From: an uncultured Acidobacteriaceae bacterium
GTDB lineage: Bacteria > Acidobacteriota > Terriglobia > Terriglobales > Acidobacteriaceae
Assembly (NCBI GenBank): GCA_963839195.1
Contig: CAWITS010000005.1
Span: 502,477-566,476 of the forward strand
Length of the DNA stretch: 64,000 bases
Reading direction: 5' to 3'
Both the position numbers and the translations under genes were made by a program. The notes below the pieces were generated by a model that did not search any database, was not told the DNA's origin, and worked only from the letters and a program-made list of their open reading frames with translations. Shown here one piece after another: positions 18,766 through 29,586 of this stretch (position 1 is its first letter; every line of letters starts with the position of its first letter).

Positions 18766-21700
18766 CTGAAGCGTCCACCAAACCTACGGGCCGCCGCTGG
18801 TGGAAATATCTGTTGGGCGTTGCAGCAGTCGGCCTCCTGTCCGTGATTGGCATCCTCCTCTACGTCAATACTGACTCATTCCAGGCGCTGGTCCGCCGCC
18901 GTCTGGTCGCCGAATTGGAGCGCATCACCGGCGGCCGCGTCGAGATCGGCAGCATTCACACCACTCCCTTTCGCCTGCAGGCCGATGTGCGCGATATTAC
19001 TGTCCACGGTCGCGAGTCCTCTTCCGACGTACCTCTAGCCCACGCGGACCGCATCGTCGCCCGCTTGAAAATCAGCTCTCTTCTGCGTTCGGAGTTTGGC
19101 TTCCACGAAGTCGTCGTCGAGCAACCCGTCGTCCACGTGGCCTTCTATTCCGACGGTACTACCAACTTTCCACCGCGAAGCACCGCGCCGGTCACCGGCG
19201 AAAGTCTGGTCGAGCGGTTGTTCGCTCTCTCCATTGATCGTCTCGAATTAAGCCATGGCCGCATCCTTTGGGGCGACCAGACCGTCCCGTTCGATTTCGC
19301 AGCGCGCGATGCCGCGCTTCAAATGGACTATTCGCTGCTCCGCCGCCGCTACAACGGGCACCTGCGCCTCGGCATGGTCGATACCAAACTTAAAGACTGG
19401 CGTCCCTTCGCGTGGATGACCGAGCTTGAGTTCAGTCTTGGCGCTAACTCAGCCACCGTCTCTTCTCTCAAATGGAATTCCGAACACTCGCATTTCACAG
19501 CCAGCGGAGAGGTCACCGATTTTAGTCATCCCCGCCTCCATGGTTCCTACGATGCCCAGTTCGATCTCACCGAGGCTGCGTCCATCGCCCGCCGCCACGA
19601 TCTTCGTGCCGGCGTGCTCGACCTCAAGGGTAGCGGCGACTGGTCACTCGATCAGTTCGCCACCAATGGTCTTCTCACGATCCGTGACCTGGTGTGGAAG
19701 GACGAGCAAGAAGTCTCATTCTCCCGCGCATCGCTCGACACCGGCTACACAGTCACCGACCAGCAACTCAAACTCTCTAAGCTGCAAGGCAATATTCTTG
19801 GCGGCAGCTTTAACGGCGATGCGGAATTGAATCAGTGGCTCGCGCCCGCGCAGCACATCTCGCCCGCAGCCAGGAAAAGCCTTGAAACCGCCACCATTTC
19901 AGCTGCTCCACCACAGAGCAAATCCGGCCGGAAGCTCGTCAACCGAAAGCCGCCGGCGATCCAAAGCGCGCTGGTTTTTCTTCACCTGCGTGATCTCTCT
20001 GTGCAAGATCTGATCGCCGCCTTTACCCCTGTCACTCACCCCCTCGTCCGCCTCCATCCTGCCGGATCGGCGTCCGGAACTTTGGAAACGCGATGGAAGG
20101 GAACTGTCGGCGACGCGGAAACCCAATTCGCTCTCGATCTAACTCCCCCCGCGCATCCTGCCCCGTCGGAACAGCCGCTCAGCGGGCACGCCGGCGGAGT
20201 CTACCGGGCTGCCGACGACACTCTGCACCTGCCGAAGTTCACGCTTACCACGCCTACCTCCCACATCACGGCTTCCGGCACATTGTCGAACACGTCCGCG
20301 CTCCGCCTCTCCATTAACACCTCGAGTCTCGCTGACTGGCTGCCTTTCATCGAGGTGGTTCGTGGCCCCGCCATGTTTCCCGTCGTCCTGAATGGCAGCG
20401 CCACCTTCAACGGCAACATGAGCGGTTCGCTCTCCTCGCCTCAAATTGCCGGCAGTCTGCAAGTGGAGGATTTTTACGTCGCCCCGCCCGCCATCGGGAA
20501 AACCCTGCTGCCGCGGACTCATTGGGATTCTCTTTCCGCCGCGATTCAGCTTTCTTTCGGCGCCATCTCTTTTCGCAACGCGACTTTGCGCCGTGATGAC
20601 ACTTCCGCGGAGTTCGACGCCTCCGCCACCCTTCAGCACGGTCATTTCACCGGAGACACTACTTTCAACCTGCGCGCCAACTTCCTGAACGCCAGCCTCG
20701 TCGAACTCGAGACCTTCCTGGGATACGACTATCCCATCTCCGGTAAAACCGATCTTTTCGTGCAGGCCTCGGGAACTTTCTCCGAACCCCGCGGCGAAGG
20801 AAAGATGCACCTGACCGAAGGTTCTGCCTACGGTGAGACGATCGATCAGTTCGATTCCGCCTTTCGGATCGGCCACGGCGAAATCGCTTTCGACGGCCTG
20901 CATCTCTTCCACCACGATTCAGTTACTACGGGGAACGCCGTCTACGATCCTTCCACTCGCGCCTTCAATCTCGATCTCACCGGCAGCAATTTCGACCTTG
21001 CTCTTGTCCGCCAGATCCACTCCAGCCGTCTTTCTGTAGAAGGACGAGCAGATTTCGTCTTGAAAGCCTCCGGTACGCCAGACGCGCCTTTAATCAATGC
21101 GGACGTCCACCTCCGCGGGCTCACGCTCGACCAGGACCTCGCAGGCGACATGGAGTTGCACGCGGCGACCGAAGGCAGCCAATTGCATCTCACCGGCAAT
21201 TCCAATTTCAAACACGGCTCGTTAAGCCTCGGTGGCAACGTCCAGCTGCGCGATGACTATCCCGCCCAGATCACTTTCAAAATGGACCAGCTCGATCTTG
21301 ATGCCTTCTGGCGCTCCTATCTCCGCGGCCAACTCACCGGGCCTTCCGCCGTTAGTGGTTCGCTCGAGCTGCACGGCCCGCTCCGCCAGCCCGGGCAACT
21401 GGCCCTCGATGGCAGTCTGACCTCCGTTTCGCTCGATGTCGCGAATGCTAAGGTGCATTCCCAGGATCCCATTCTCTTTTCGCTCGCCAATCAGTCCCTC
21501 AACATCCGGCAATTCCATTTTGTCGGGGAGGGAACTGATCTCACGGCGCACGGGTCCGTGCAACTCTCTGGCAATCGCACACTCGATCTCACGGCGGATG
21601 GACGTCTTGACCTCAAGCTGCTCTCCAGCTTCGATTCTGACGTTACTTCTTCCGGCCTTGTCACGTTGGACCTGAAAGTCGGCGGCACTCTCGCCAACCC

Positions 21701-22871
21701 CTTCCCGCATGGCCACCTTCAGATCGCCAACGGTTCGCTTTCCTTTGCCGGACTGCCCAGTGGATTAAGCGGACTCAACGGCTCGCTGATGTTCACCCGT
21801 GATCGTGCGCTCATAGAGACGCTTACCGCCCGCACCGGAGGCGGCACGCTCGACCTCAAAGGCGATGCGACCTACTTCAATCAGCAACTTAACTTCAATC
21901 TCACCGCCACCGGTAAGGATGTGCGCTTGCGCTATCCTCCCGGTGTCAGCTCCACCGCCGATGCCGAACTGCATTGGATCGGCACGCGCTCCAACTCCAC
22001 CGTCTCCGGCGACATCAGCATTAACAAAATGGCCGTGACGCCGGGCTTCGATTTCAGCAGTTATCTCGAGCGCAGCCGCAATTTCTCCACCATTACGACC
22101 GCCAACTCCCCGCTGAACAATGTCAAACTAGACATTCATGTCGTGACTGCGCCTGAACTCCAGATGCGGACTGCCATCGCTCGCCTCTCCGGCGACGCCG
22201 ACCTTCGCCTGCGCGGCTCAGTTGCCCGGCCCGCCGTCCTTGGCCGGGTCGACATTCTCGAAGGTCAGGCCACATTCCACGGCATCCGCTTTACTCTCGA
22301 GCGCGGCGATATCACTTTTGCCAATCCGGTTGCCATCGAGCCCCAACTCAATCTGCAGGCATCCAGCCATGTTCGCAACTACGAACTCAACATCACAGCA
22401 ACCGGCACGCCCGACCGCCTCAACCTCAACTACCGCTCCGAACCCCCGTTGCCTAAATCCGATATCATCGCTCTCCTCGCCCTCGGCCGCACCAACCAGG
22501 AATCGGCTCAACTTCAGGAGCAGGGCGGTCAGGGCGCTTTTTCTGACCAGGCCAGCGCTCTCATACTCAGTCAGGCGCTGAACTCCACCGTCAGCAACCG
22601 CCTCGACCGCCTGTTCGGCGCCAGCAACATCAAGATCGATCCTCAGGGACTTACGACCGAGACCAATCCCATCAGCAACGGCCCCCAGATCACCATCGAG
22701 CAGCAGTTCTCGAACAATCTGTCCCTCACCTACTCCACCAACGTCTCGCAGAGTTCGCAGCAGATTATCGAGGGGGAGTACTATTTCAATCGCAACGTTT
22801 CCGTCGTCGGCAACCGCGACCAGAACGGTGTGGTCAGCTTCGACTTGCGCATCCGTCAACGCAAAAAATAA
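18762..22871 (+). CDS. tamB: translocation and assembly module protein TamB (DUF490 C-terminus)
   Basis: Start taken at GTG 18762 (GTGA overlap with the upstream stop). The N-terminal TM is 'WWKYLLGVAAVGLLSVIGILLYV'. Long beta-rich body. C-terminal '...LSLTYSTNVSQSSQQIIEGEYYFNRNVSVVG'. The ORF-track extension to 18414 overlaps the SurA-like gene. Confidence 0.8.
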   Translation: MTEASTKPTGRRWWKYLLGVAAVGLLSVIGILLYVNTDSFQALVRRRLVAELERITGGRVEIGSIHTTPFRLQADVRDITVHGRESSSDVPLAHADRIVARLKISSLLRSEFGFHEVVVEQPVVHVAFYSDGTTNFPPRSTAPVTGESLVERLFALSIDRLELSHGRILWGDQTVPFDFAARDAALQMDYSLLRRRYNGHLRLGMVDTKLKDWRPFAWMTELEFSLGANSATVSSLKWNSEHSHFTASGEVTDFSHPRLHGSYDAQFDLTEAASIARRHDLRAGVLDLKGSGDWSLDQFATNGLLTIRDLVWKDEQEVSFSRASLDTGYTVTDQQLKLSKLQGNILGGSFNGDAELNQWLAPAQHISPAARKSLETATISAAPPQSKSGRKLVNRKPPAIQSALVFLHLRDLSVQDLIAAFTPVTHPLVRLHPAGSASGTLETRWKGTVGDAETQFALDLTPPAHPAPSEQPLSGHAGGVYRAADDTLHLPKFTLTTPTSHITASGTLSNTSALRLSINTSSLADWLPFIEVVRGPAMFPVVLNGSATFNGNMSGSLSSPQIAGSLQVEDFYVAPPAIGKTLLPRTHWDSLSAAIQLSFGAISFRNATLRRDDTSAEFDASATLQHGHFTGDTTFNLRANFLNASLVELETFLGYDYPISGKTDLFVQASGTFSEPRGEGKMHLTEGSAYGETIDQFDSAFRIGHGEIAFDGLHLFHHDSVTTGNAVYDPSTRAFNLDLTGSNFDLALVRQIHSSRLSVEGRADFVLKASGTPDAPLINADVHLRGLTLDQDLAGDMELHAATEGSQLHLTGNSNFKHGSLSLGGNVQLRDDYPAQITFKMDQLDLDAFWRSYLRGQLTGPSAVSGSLELHGPLRQPGQLALDGSLTSVSLDVANAKVHSQDPILFSLANQSLNIRQFHFVGEGTDLTAHGSVQLSGNRTLDLTADGRLDLKLLSSFDSDVTSSGLVTLDLKVGGTLANPFPHGHLQIANGSLSFAGLPSGLSGLNGSLMFTRDRALIETLTARTGGGTLDLKGDATYFNQQLNFNLTATGKDVRLRYPPGVSSTADAELHWIGTRSNSTVSGDISINKMAVTPGFDFSSYLERSRNFSTITTANSPLNNVKLDIHVVTAPELQMRTAIARLSGDADLRLRGSVARPAVLGRVDILEGQATFHGIRFTLERGDITFANPVAIEPQLNLQASSHVRNYELNITATGTPDRLNLNYRSEPPLPKSDIIALLALGRTNQESAQLQEQGGQGAFSDQASALILSQALNSTVSNRLDRLFGASNIKIDPQGLTTETNPISNGPQITIEQQFSNNLSLTYSTNVSQSSQQIIEGEYYFNRNVSVVGNRDQNGVVSFDLRIRQRKK

Positions 22872-22904
22872 GATTCGAAAGCGGAAGCGCCAAAGCCGCA
22901 ACTC

Positions 22905-23540
22905 ATGTCCGACCCGACCGCCGCACGGCAAATCATGGTCGACTCGCAACTCCGGGCCCGCGGCATCTCCGACCCTCGTGTTGTCGAAGCCATGCTTTGC
23001 GTTCCTCGCCACCTATTTGTTCCCGAGCCCTACCGGAGCCAGGCCTACGAAGACCACCCTCTGCCCATCGGTGATGGCCAAACCATCTCTCAGCCTTACA
23101 TCGTCGCGCGCATGCTTGAGTCTCTCGAACTTGCGCCCTCCGATAAGGTTCTTGAAGTTGGAACTGGTTCCGGCTACGTCACCGCGCTGCTCGCTGAACT
23201 AGCCGCGCAAGTGTCCTCCATCGAACGCCACCCGGCCCTCGCCGATCGCGCCCGCAATCTTCTCGCAGAACTTGGCTACGCCAACGTTGGAGTTTTCACC
23301 GGAGACGGCACCCTCGGCCTTTCCGTCAACGCCCCGTTCGACGCCATCCTCGTCTCCGCAGCTGCTCCTGACCTGCCCGCGCCACTGCTCGCTCAACTGC
23401 GTGAGTCCGGCAGGATGATCATCCCCGTCGGTTCCCCCGGCTCTCAGCAGTTGCAATTCATCCGAATGCAGAACGGTCACCCCACAATCTCCTTTCGCGA
23501 ACCTGTGCTCTTCGTTCCCTTGGTCCACGATCGCGAGTGA
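22905..23540 (+). CDS. pcm: protein-L-isoaspartate O-methyltransferase
   Basis: 211 aa. 'GQTISQPYIVARMLE' and SAM motif 'VLEVGTGSGY'. Confidence 0.92.
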   Translation: MSDPTAARQIMVDSQLRARGISDPRVVEAMLCVPRHLFVPEPYRSQAYEDHPLPIGDGQTISQPYIVARMLESLELAPSDKVLEVGTGSGYVTALLAELAAQVSSIERHPALADRARNLLAELGYANVGVFTGDGTLGLSVNAPFDAILVSAAAPDLPAPLLAQLRESGRMIIPVGSPGSQQLQFIRMQNGHPTISFREPVLFVPLVHDRE

Positions 23541-23571
23541 ATTTGTGGCTCGGGACACCTTGATGGTCGAT

Positions 23572-23638
23572 TGTCATCTTGAGCAAGCCGCGCGCCTCCA
23601 CGGAGCCTGCCCTGAGAGAGCGATAGCGGCCGAAGGGC
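23572..23638 (+). repeat. REP-A-like element (degenerate)
   Basis: Begins tgtcatcttgagcaagc and ends ...gcggccgaaggg. Sits between convergent pcm and nuoN. Confidence 0.5.
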
Positions 23639-23667
23639 GCGTTTGGCTCGCTTCCTTATCGGAGTGC

Positions 23668-25194
23668 TTAGGGGACCACCGAAACAGCTGTGGAAGATGG
23701 AATTTCGGGCGCAGTCTGCTGGACGAGTTGCTGTGCGGAGTCTTGAGCAAATTGCAACACCCGGTCGGGAAAAACTCCGAAATAGATCGTAGCCGCGAGG
23801 CAACACCCTAGCGCGGCACCGAGTGCGAATGGAACGGGAGTGACCGGCGCTTCTTTCCGCGGTTCACGCATGTACATCATCACGATGATGCGCAAATAGT
23901 AGTACGCCCCTACGCCGCTATTGAGGACGCCAATGATCGTGAGCCAGATCAGGTTGGCTTTCACCGCCGCGCTGAACACGTAGAACTTGGCAAAAAAACC
24001 TCCGGTCATCGGAATGCCGATCAGCGAAAGCAAGAAAATGGTCAGCGTCGCCGCCAGTAGCGGAGAGCTGCGGCCAAGGCCTTCATAGTCTTCGAGAGTC
24101 ACATAGCGCTCGCCGGCGTTGGCGAAGTGGCTGACCACTGCGAACGCACCCAGATTCATGGCGGCATAAGCCGCGAGATAGAACATCGCAGCAGAGGTTC
24201 CCAAGGCAGGCGCAGCTGCGAATGCCACCAGCGTATAACCGGCGTGGGCGATTGCGGAATATGCCAGCAAGCGCTTCACGTTGTCTTGCACCAAAGCGCC
24301 CAAATTGCCCAATGTCATGGAGAGCGCTGCCGCAAGCCAGATGACCCAGACCAATCCGTGCACGTCGATCACGAAAACAACGCGCAGCAAAACTGCAAAC
24401 GCCGCCGCCTTGGGCGCGGTCGACATGAAACCAACCACCGGCGCCGGTGCTCCTTCGTACACGTCAGGAGTCCAGATGTGGAACGGCGCTGCCGCTACCT
24501 TGAAGCCCAGGCCCACGAACATCAACGCCACAGCCACAAAGGCCAGCAATGGGACCGGGCCAGCCCGCAACGTGCTGCCGATCTGATCGATATTCGTCGA
24601 CCCCGTCGCCCCGAACATCAACGCCACTCCATACAGGAAAAATGCCGTCGCAAATGAGCCCAGAAGAAAATACTTCAGCGAGGCTTCAGCGCTCGCAGCC
24701 TCGTGCCTGCGAAATCCCGCCAGCACATAAGAAGAGATGGAAGAAATCTCCAGCGCGATGAAAATCAGCACCAGTTCGATGGCCGACGACATCAGCGCCA
24801 TGCCGGCTACACCAAAGAGAATCAACGCGTAGTATTCCCCGGCGCGAATCCGCTGCACCGCCAGGTACTCGTATGAACTAAGAATCACAATCGCGGCAAT
24901 CGCAATCACCAGCACATGAAAGAAGACGCTGAATCCATCCACTTTCACCATATTCCAGAAGGCCAGGCCCGGGGCCTGAGCCATGAACCATGTAGCTCCA
25001 AGTCCCGCCAGCGTGCCCACGAGCGCGATCAGTCCCAAAAGCTTCTGACCTGTGTTCTCGTCGAGCAGAGGTTCGAGCAACATCACGATCATGCCGAAAA
25101 CTGAAAGAACAATCTCAGGCAGGATGCGGACATAATCCGCGCTCTGCGGCAGCGTCTGTGAGTAGCCTGGGACCAGAGACACTGTCGCTATCAT
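23668..25194 (-). CDS. nuoN: NADH-quinone oxidoreductase subunit N
   Basis: 508 aa polytopic antiporter-like protein. 'FHIWTPDVYEGAPAPVVGFMS'. Last gene of the nuo cluster. Confidence 0.92.
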   Translation of the reverse strand: MIATVSLVPGYSQTLPQSADYVRILPEIVLSVFGMIVMLLEPLLDENTGQKLLGLIALVGTLAGLGATWFMAQAPGLAFWNMVKVDGFSVFFHVLVIAIAAIVILSSYEYLAVQRIRAGEYYALILFGVAGMALMSSAIELVLIFIALEISSISSYVLAGFRRHEAASAEASLKYFLLGSFATAFFLYGVALMFGATGSTNIDQIGSTLRAGPVPLLAFVAVALMFVGLGFKVAAAPFHIWTPDVYEGAPAPVVGFMSTAPKAAAFAVLLRVVFVIDVHGLVWVIWLAAALSMTLGNLGALVQDNVKRLLAYSAIAHAGYTLVAFAAAPALGTSAAMFYLAAYAAMNLGAFAVVSHFANAGERYVTLEDYEGLGRSSPLLAATLTIFLLSLIGIPMTGGFFAKFYVFSAAVKANLIWLTIIGVLNSGVGAYYYLRIIVMMYMREPRKEAPVTPVPFALGAALGCCLAATIYFGVFPDRVLQFAQDSAQQLVQQTAPEIPSSTAVSVVP

Positions 25195-26708
25195 TGCCCC
25201 ACCATCCTGCTCACCACTCGAACCGCGGGCGAGAGTGCGGCCTGAACCGCCGGATCAATCGCCCCCAGCCACAGAATCGGCGCGACGCCCATCACCAGCG
25301 CCACCGCCGCGCAAGGCCAAATCGCCGTCTTCTCGAACCCGGAAAGATCGCTCAAAGAATTGTTGATGGGATGTGTCACCTTGCCGTAGAACACGCGCTG
25401 ATACATCCACAGCAGATAGATTGCGCTCCAAATGATGCCGGTCGCGCCCAGTATTCCGTAAATCGGTTTGTCCTGAAACGCGCCGCTCAACACCAGAAAC
25501 TCACCAATGAAGCCATTGAGAAGTGGCAAACCCACTGACGCCAGCACAATCACCACGTAAGTTGTGGCATACACCGGCATGGGCGAGGCCAGTCCACCGA
25601 ACTCGCGAATCTCATATGTGTGCCGGCGTTCGTGCAGAATTCCCGCCAGCATGAACAGCCCGCCAGTGGAAATTCCGTGCGCCAGCATCACGAACATCGC
25701 GCCATTCAGCCCAGCCTGGGTGAAGCTGAAAATTCCCAGCACAACGAATCCCAGATGGCTGACGGACGAGTACGCGATCAACTTCTTCATGTTGGGCTGA
25801 ACCATCGCAACCAGCGCGCCGTAAATAATGCCAATCAAGGCAAGCGTCATGACCCACGGAGCATTCTGCCGCGACTGCTCGGGAAACAAGCCCAGGTTGA
25901 AGCGCAGCATTCCGTAGGTGCCCATCTTGAGCAGCACCCCGGCTAGCAGCACCGACCCCGCGGTAGGCGCTTCCACGTGCGCATCGGGCAACCAGGTGTG
26001 GAAGGGGAAAAGCGGAACCTTCACCGCGAACGCCACGAAGAATCCGAGGAACAACCACTGCGCAGCCGCTGGGAACTGAGGCACAGCTCCGCTCGCGATC
26101 GCGTCGCGAATCACAACAAAGTCGAAGCTGCCGGTATGCGCATAAAGCCAGAGAATCGCCGCCAGCATGAACACCGACCCAATCATGGTGTACATGAAAA
26201 ACTTCACCGCGGCATACACTTTGCGCTCGTGGCCGAAAATACCGATCAGCAGCGCCATCGGGATCAGTGTGGCTTCCCAGAAGAAGTAGAAGAGGAACAA
26301 GTCGAGAGAAGTGAAGACCCCGATCAGAGCAGTCTCCAAAATCAGTAGCAGAATGAAGAATTCCTTCACCCGCTCATGAATCGACTTCCATGAAATCAGC
26401 ACGCACAGCGGCGTCAGAAATGTAGTGAGCACCACCAGCCACATCGAGAAGCCGTCCACCCCCATGTGGTAGTGGATATTCGGAGTGGATACCCACTGTT
26501 TGTTGACCTGGTACTGAAAGTCAGTTTGCCCGCGAACGAAATAGACTGGCAGGTGCAGAGACAAAACAAACGTCAGCAGCGTAATAACGAGAGCAAAAAT
26601 ACGGATGTCGCGATCGCGCCGGGGCAACAGCAGCAGCAGCAATGCGCCCGCCAGAGGTGTAAGCGTCACCAGAGAAAGAATGATCGGGCTGAGACTGTCA
26701 GTGCTCAT
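25191..26708 (-). CDS. nuoM: NADH-quinone oxidoreductase subunit M
   Basis: 505 aa. 'FHTWLPDAHVEAPTAGSVLLAGVLLKMG'. 4-nt overlaps with its neighbours. Confidence 0.92.
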   Translation of the reverse strand: MSTDSLSPIILSLVTLTPLAGALLLLLLPRRDRDIRIFALVITLLTFVLSLHLPVYFVRGQTDFQYQVNKQWVSTPNIHYHMGVDGFSMWLVVLTTFLTPLCVLISWKSIHERVKEFFILLLILETALIGVFTSLDLFLFYFFWEATLIPMALLIGIFGHERKVYAAVKFFMYTMIGSVFMLAAILWLYAHTGSFDFVVIRDAIASGAVPQFPAAAQWLFLGFFVAFAVKVPLFPFHTWLPDAHVEAPTAGSVLLAGVLLKMGTYGMLRFNLGLFPEQSRQNAPWVMTLALIGIIYGALVAMVQPNMKKLIAYSSVSHLGFVVLGIFSFTQAGLNGAMFVMLAHGISTGGLFMLAGILHERRHTYEIREFGGLASPMPVYATTYVVIVLASVGLPLLNGFIGEFLVLSGAFQDKPIYGILGATGIIWSAIYLLWMYQRVFYGKVTHPINNSLSDLSGFEKTAIWPCAAVALVMGVAPILWLGAIDPAVQAALSPAVRVVSRMVGQ

Positions 26709-28642
26709 CGCACCCCCATCCAGATCATGAAAGCAATCACCGCCGCCGAGCCTGCCGCAATCCAGCCCGCGTAGGAGCGGATGTTTCCGGATTGCATCTG
26801 TCGAACTTCGTCGGAAACCTGCCGCGCCCCGTCCCCCGATTCATTCACCGCAGCATCGATAATCTTTCTGTCCACATCCTGCCAGAGGATTCGGGTCGAG
26901 CCCTCGATCAGCGGCTTGACGAAAAGCGCGGCGTAGAGTTCGTCGATGTAGTACTTGTGCACCACTGCCTGGTAGAAGCCGCCCAGCGCGTCCGCGATTT
27001 TCTGAGGCAGATCCTGGCGTTTGTAATAGAGTAGGTAAGCCAGCCACCACCCCGATAGCGCGACAGCCACCGAGACCCCCATCAGCAACCATTCGGTGAT
27101 CCGACTCGCCGTCTCGGCGGTCGCCTCGCCGGTATTGAAAACCGGTGCGAGAAAATTCTCGAAATGGTTGCCCCACCCCACGAACCCTCCCACCAGCGAG
27201 AGCAACGCCAGTATCATCAAAGGTCCCAGCATCACCATCGGGCTCTCGTGTGGTTCGCCATGCCCATGGGAATCGTGTCCGTGTGAGCCATGCGGATCCG
27301 CTGGCATCCCGCGGTAATCGCCGAAGAACGTCATATACCACAGGCGGAACATGTAGAAAGATGTAATGAACGCCGTGACCACGCCGATTGCCCAGTACAC
27401 CCAGCTCACCTGGTAAGCCTTCCAGAGAATTTCGTCCTTGCTCCAAAAGGCCGCCAGTGGCGGGATCCCGGCGATGGCCAGCGTCGCAATACTCATCGTG
27501 AGAAACGTCCACGGGATATACGACCTCAGTCCGCCCATCTTGCGCATATCCTGCTCGCCACCGACTGCGTGAATCACGGAGCCGGCGCCGAGAAACAGCA
27601 GGCCCTTGAAGAACGCATGCGTCATCAGGTGGAAGATCCCTGCCGAAAAAGCCCCCACTCCACAAGCCATGAACATGTAACCCAGCTGCGAAATCGTCGA
27701 GTAGGCAAGAACTTTCTTGATGTCGGTCTGAGCGATGCCGATCGTCGCTGCAAAAAATGCAGTCGACGTCCCGATAATCGCCACAACCATCAACGCAGTA
27801 GGGGCGCGTTCAAAAATTACATGCGAACGCGCAACCATGTAGACGCCCGCCGTCACCATGGTCGCGGCATGGATCAACGCCGAAACTGGCGTGGGACCTT
27901 CCATCGCATCCGGCAGCCAGACATACAGCGGAATCTGCGCCGACTTGCCGCAAGCTCCAACCATCAGCAGAATGCCGATAGCCGTCAGCAGCCCGGCGCC
28001 CGCCGTCTCCACGCCGAGAGGAGAGATGCTCTGAAACACCCGATCAAAAGTCAGCGATCCAAAGTGCTTGATCAGCAAAAACAGCGCGATCAGAAACCCG
28101 AAATCACCGATGCGGTTCACGATGAACGCCTTCTTGCCCGCCGACGCCGCAGAATCTTTCGTGAACCAGAATCCGATCAGCAGATAGGACGCCAGTCCCA
28201 CCCCCTCCCACCCGATAAACATCACCAGGTAGTTGTTGGCCAGCACCAGCGTCAGCATGAAAAACATGAACAGGTTCAGGTAGCTGAAGAAGCGGTAGTA
28301 GCTGGGGTCGTTCCACATGTAGCCGACGGAGTAGATGTGAATCAGAAAGCCGACTCCAGTAACCACCAGCAACATGACCAGGGACAGTTGGTCCAGATAA
28401 AAGGCGAAGTCCGCTCTGAAGCCGAGGATGCGGATCCAGTGCGCAACAAATTCCTGGTAGGGAAGTGACAACGACGAAAATCGGACCGCAACCCACAACG
28501 CCATCGCAAACGCAGCGCCGCTGAAAAAAAGTGCTACCGTGCTCACGGCCTGGCGCGAAGACTTCTTGCCCAGAAAGCCGTTGATCGCAGCCCCCGCCAG
28601 CGGCAGAACCGGGATCAGCCACAAATTGAGATTCGGGTTCAT
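26705..28642 (-). CDS. nuoL: NADH-quinone oxidoreductase subunit L
   Basis: 645 aa. '[28 protein letters not shown]'. Long C-terminal amphipathic extension. Confidence 0.92.
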   Translation of the reverse strand: MNPNLNLWLIPVLPLAGAAINGFLGKKSSRQAVSTVALFFSGAAFAMALWVAVRFSSLSLPYQEFVAHWIRILGFRADFAFYLDQLSLVMLLVVTGVGFLIHIYSVGYMWNDPSYYRFFSYLNLFMFFMLTLVLANNYLVMFIGWEGVGLASYLLIGFWFTKDSAASAGKKAFIVNRIGDFGFLIALFLLIKHFGSLTFDRVFQSISPLGVETAGAGLLTAIGILLMVGACGKSAQIPLYVWLPDAMEGPTPVSALIHAATMVTAGVYMVARSHVIFERAPTALMVVAIIGTSTAFFAATIGIAQTDIKKVLAYSTISQLGYMFMACGVGAFSAGIFHLMTHAFFKGLLFLGAGSVIHAVGGEQDMRKMGGLRSYIPWTFLTMSIATLAIAGIPPLAAFWSKDEILWKAYQVSWVYWAIGVVTAFITSFYMFRLWYMTFFGDYRGMPADPHGSHGHDSHGHGEPHESPMVMLGPLMILALLSLVGGFVGWGNHFENFLAPVFNTGEATAETASRITEWLLMGVSVAVALSGWWLAYLLYYKRQDLPQKIADALGGFYQAVVHKYYIDELYAALFVKPLIEGSTRILWQDVDRKIIDAAVNESGDGARQVSDEVRQMQSGNIRSYAGWIAAGSAAVIAFMIWMGVR

Positions 28643-28953
28643 AGCTTGAGCAGGTTCACCTGATCCACGTTCAAAGTCTCGCGCGTGCGATAAACCGCGA
28701 TGATGATGGCCAGTCCCACTGCCGCTTCCGCCGCCGCCACCACCATCACAAAGAAAACGAATACCTGCCCGGCCAGCGCGTGCCAGTGTGCTGCGAACGC
28801 CACAAACGAAAGATTCACTCCGTTCAACATCAGCTCAATCGACATGAAGATCGTGATGATGTTGCGTCTGATCAGAAATCCCACCACACCGCAGGCAAAC
28901 AGGAATCCGCTCAGCAGCAGGTAATACGACAGCGGAATGTAGGAGGCAACCAT
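28639..28953 (-). CDS. nuoK: NADH-quinone oxidoreductase subunit K
   Basis: 104 aa, 3 TM. 'ELMLNGVNL...[11 protein letters not shown]'. Confidence 0.9.
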   Translation of the reverse strand: MVASYIPLSYYLLLSGFLFACGVVGFLIRRNIITIFMSIELMLNGVNLSFVAFAAHWHALAGQVFVFFVMVVAAAEAAVGLAIIIAVYRTRETLNVDQVNLLKL

Positions 28954-29465
28954 CAGTCCGTCTCCTGCGCCGGCGTTTCCGGCTTGCTGGCCAGAACTAC
29001 GGCGCCCATGATGGCGATCAGAATCAGAACCGACGTGACTTCAAAGGGCAACAGGAAATTGTGAAAGAGAAGCTGGGCGATGTCGGTTGGATTCCCCGGC
29101 AGTGCGCCGATCGGCACGACTTCAGTCCCGGATTGCCGCAGCACCACCCATGCCACCAGCACGCTGCCGGTCAGCACTCCGGGCACCCCCAGTAGAAGTG
29201 CGACCCGGCTGCCATTCGTGTGCTCTTCTTCGCCCGCGTTCAGCAGCATGATGACAAAGACAAACAACACCATGATGGCGCCGGCGTAGACGATCACCTG
29301 CACCGCCGCGACAAATTCGGCGCCGAGTAGCAAATATTCACCGGCCAGCGCCGCCATCACCGCAATCAGCGACAGCGCGCTGTTGATTGGATGCCGTTGC
29401 GCCAGCAGGTTAACCGCCCCCGCCACGCAAACCGCACCGAACGCCAGAAAAAGTATGAGATGCAT
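28953..29465 (-). CDS. nuoJ: NADH-quinone oxidoreductase subunit J
   Basis: 170 aa. '[21 protein letters not shown]'. Confidence 0.88.
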   Translation of the reverse strand: MHLILFLAFGAVCVAGAVNLLAQRHPINSALSLIAVMAALAGEYLLLGAEFVAAVQVIVYAGAIMVLFVFVIMLLNAGEEEHTNGSRVALLLGVPGVLTGSVLVAWVVLRQSGTEVVPIGALPGNPTDIAQLLFHNFLLPFEVTSVLILIAIMGAVVLASKPETPAQETD

Positions 29466-29470
29466 CGTCC

Positions 29471-29578
29471 AGTTCTCAGTTCTCAGTTCTCAAGTTCTCA
29501 GCAGACCTTTTAGAAGGCTATTTCTCAGCCGGCAAGCCTGGGCCGTTACTGAGAACTGAGAACCGAGAACTGAGAACT
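29471..29578. repeat. long hairpin with (AGTTCTC)n tandem-repeat arms filling the nuoH-nuoJ spacer
   Basis: Left arm agttctcagttctcagttctcaagttctcag (29471-29501). Right arm ctgagaactgagaaccgagaactgagaact (29549-29578) is its reverse complement apart from 1 mismatch and 1 bulge. 47-nt loop. Confidence 0.9.
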
Positions 29579-29586
29579 CGCTTTTG

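Noticed and set aside
29471-29578. Tandem short repeats as possible CRISPR arrays (also 34952-35057, 56918-56997, 441-485)
   Set aside because: The units are 7-15 nt with no unique spacers between them, the arrays are under 40 nt per arm, and no cas genes are present. They are inverted-arm hairpins or simple tandem repeats.
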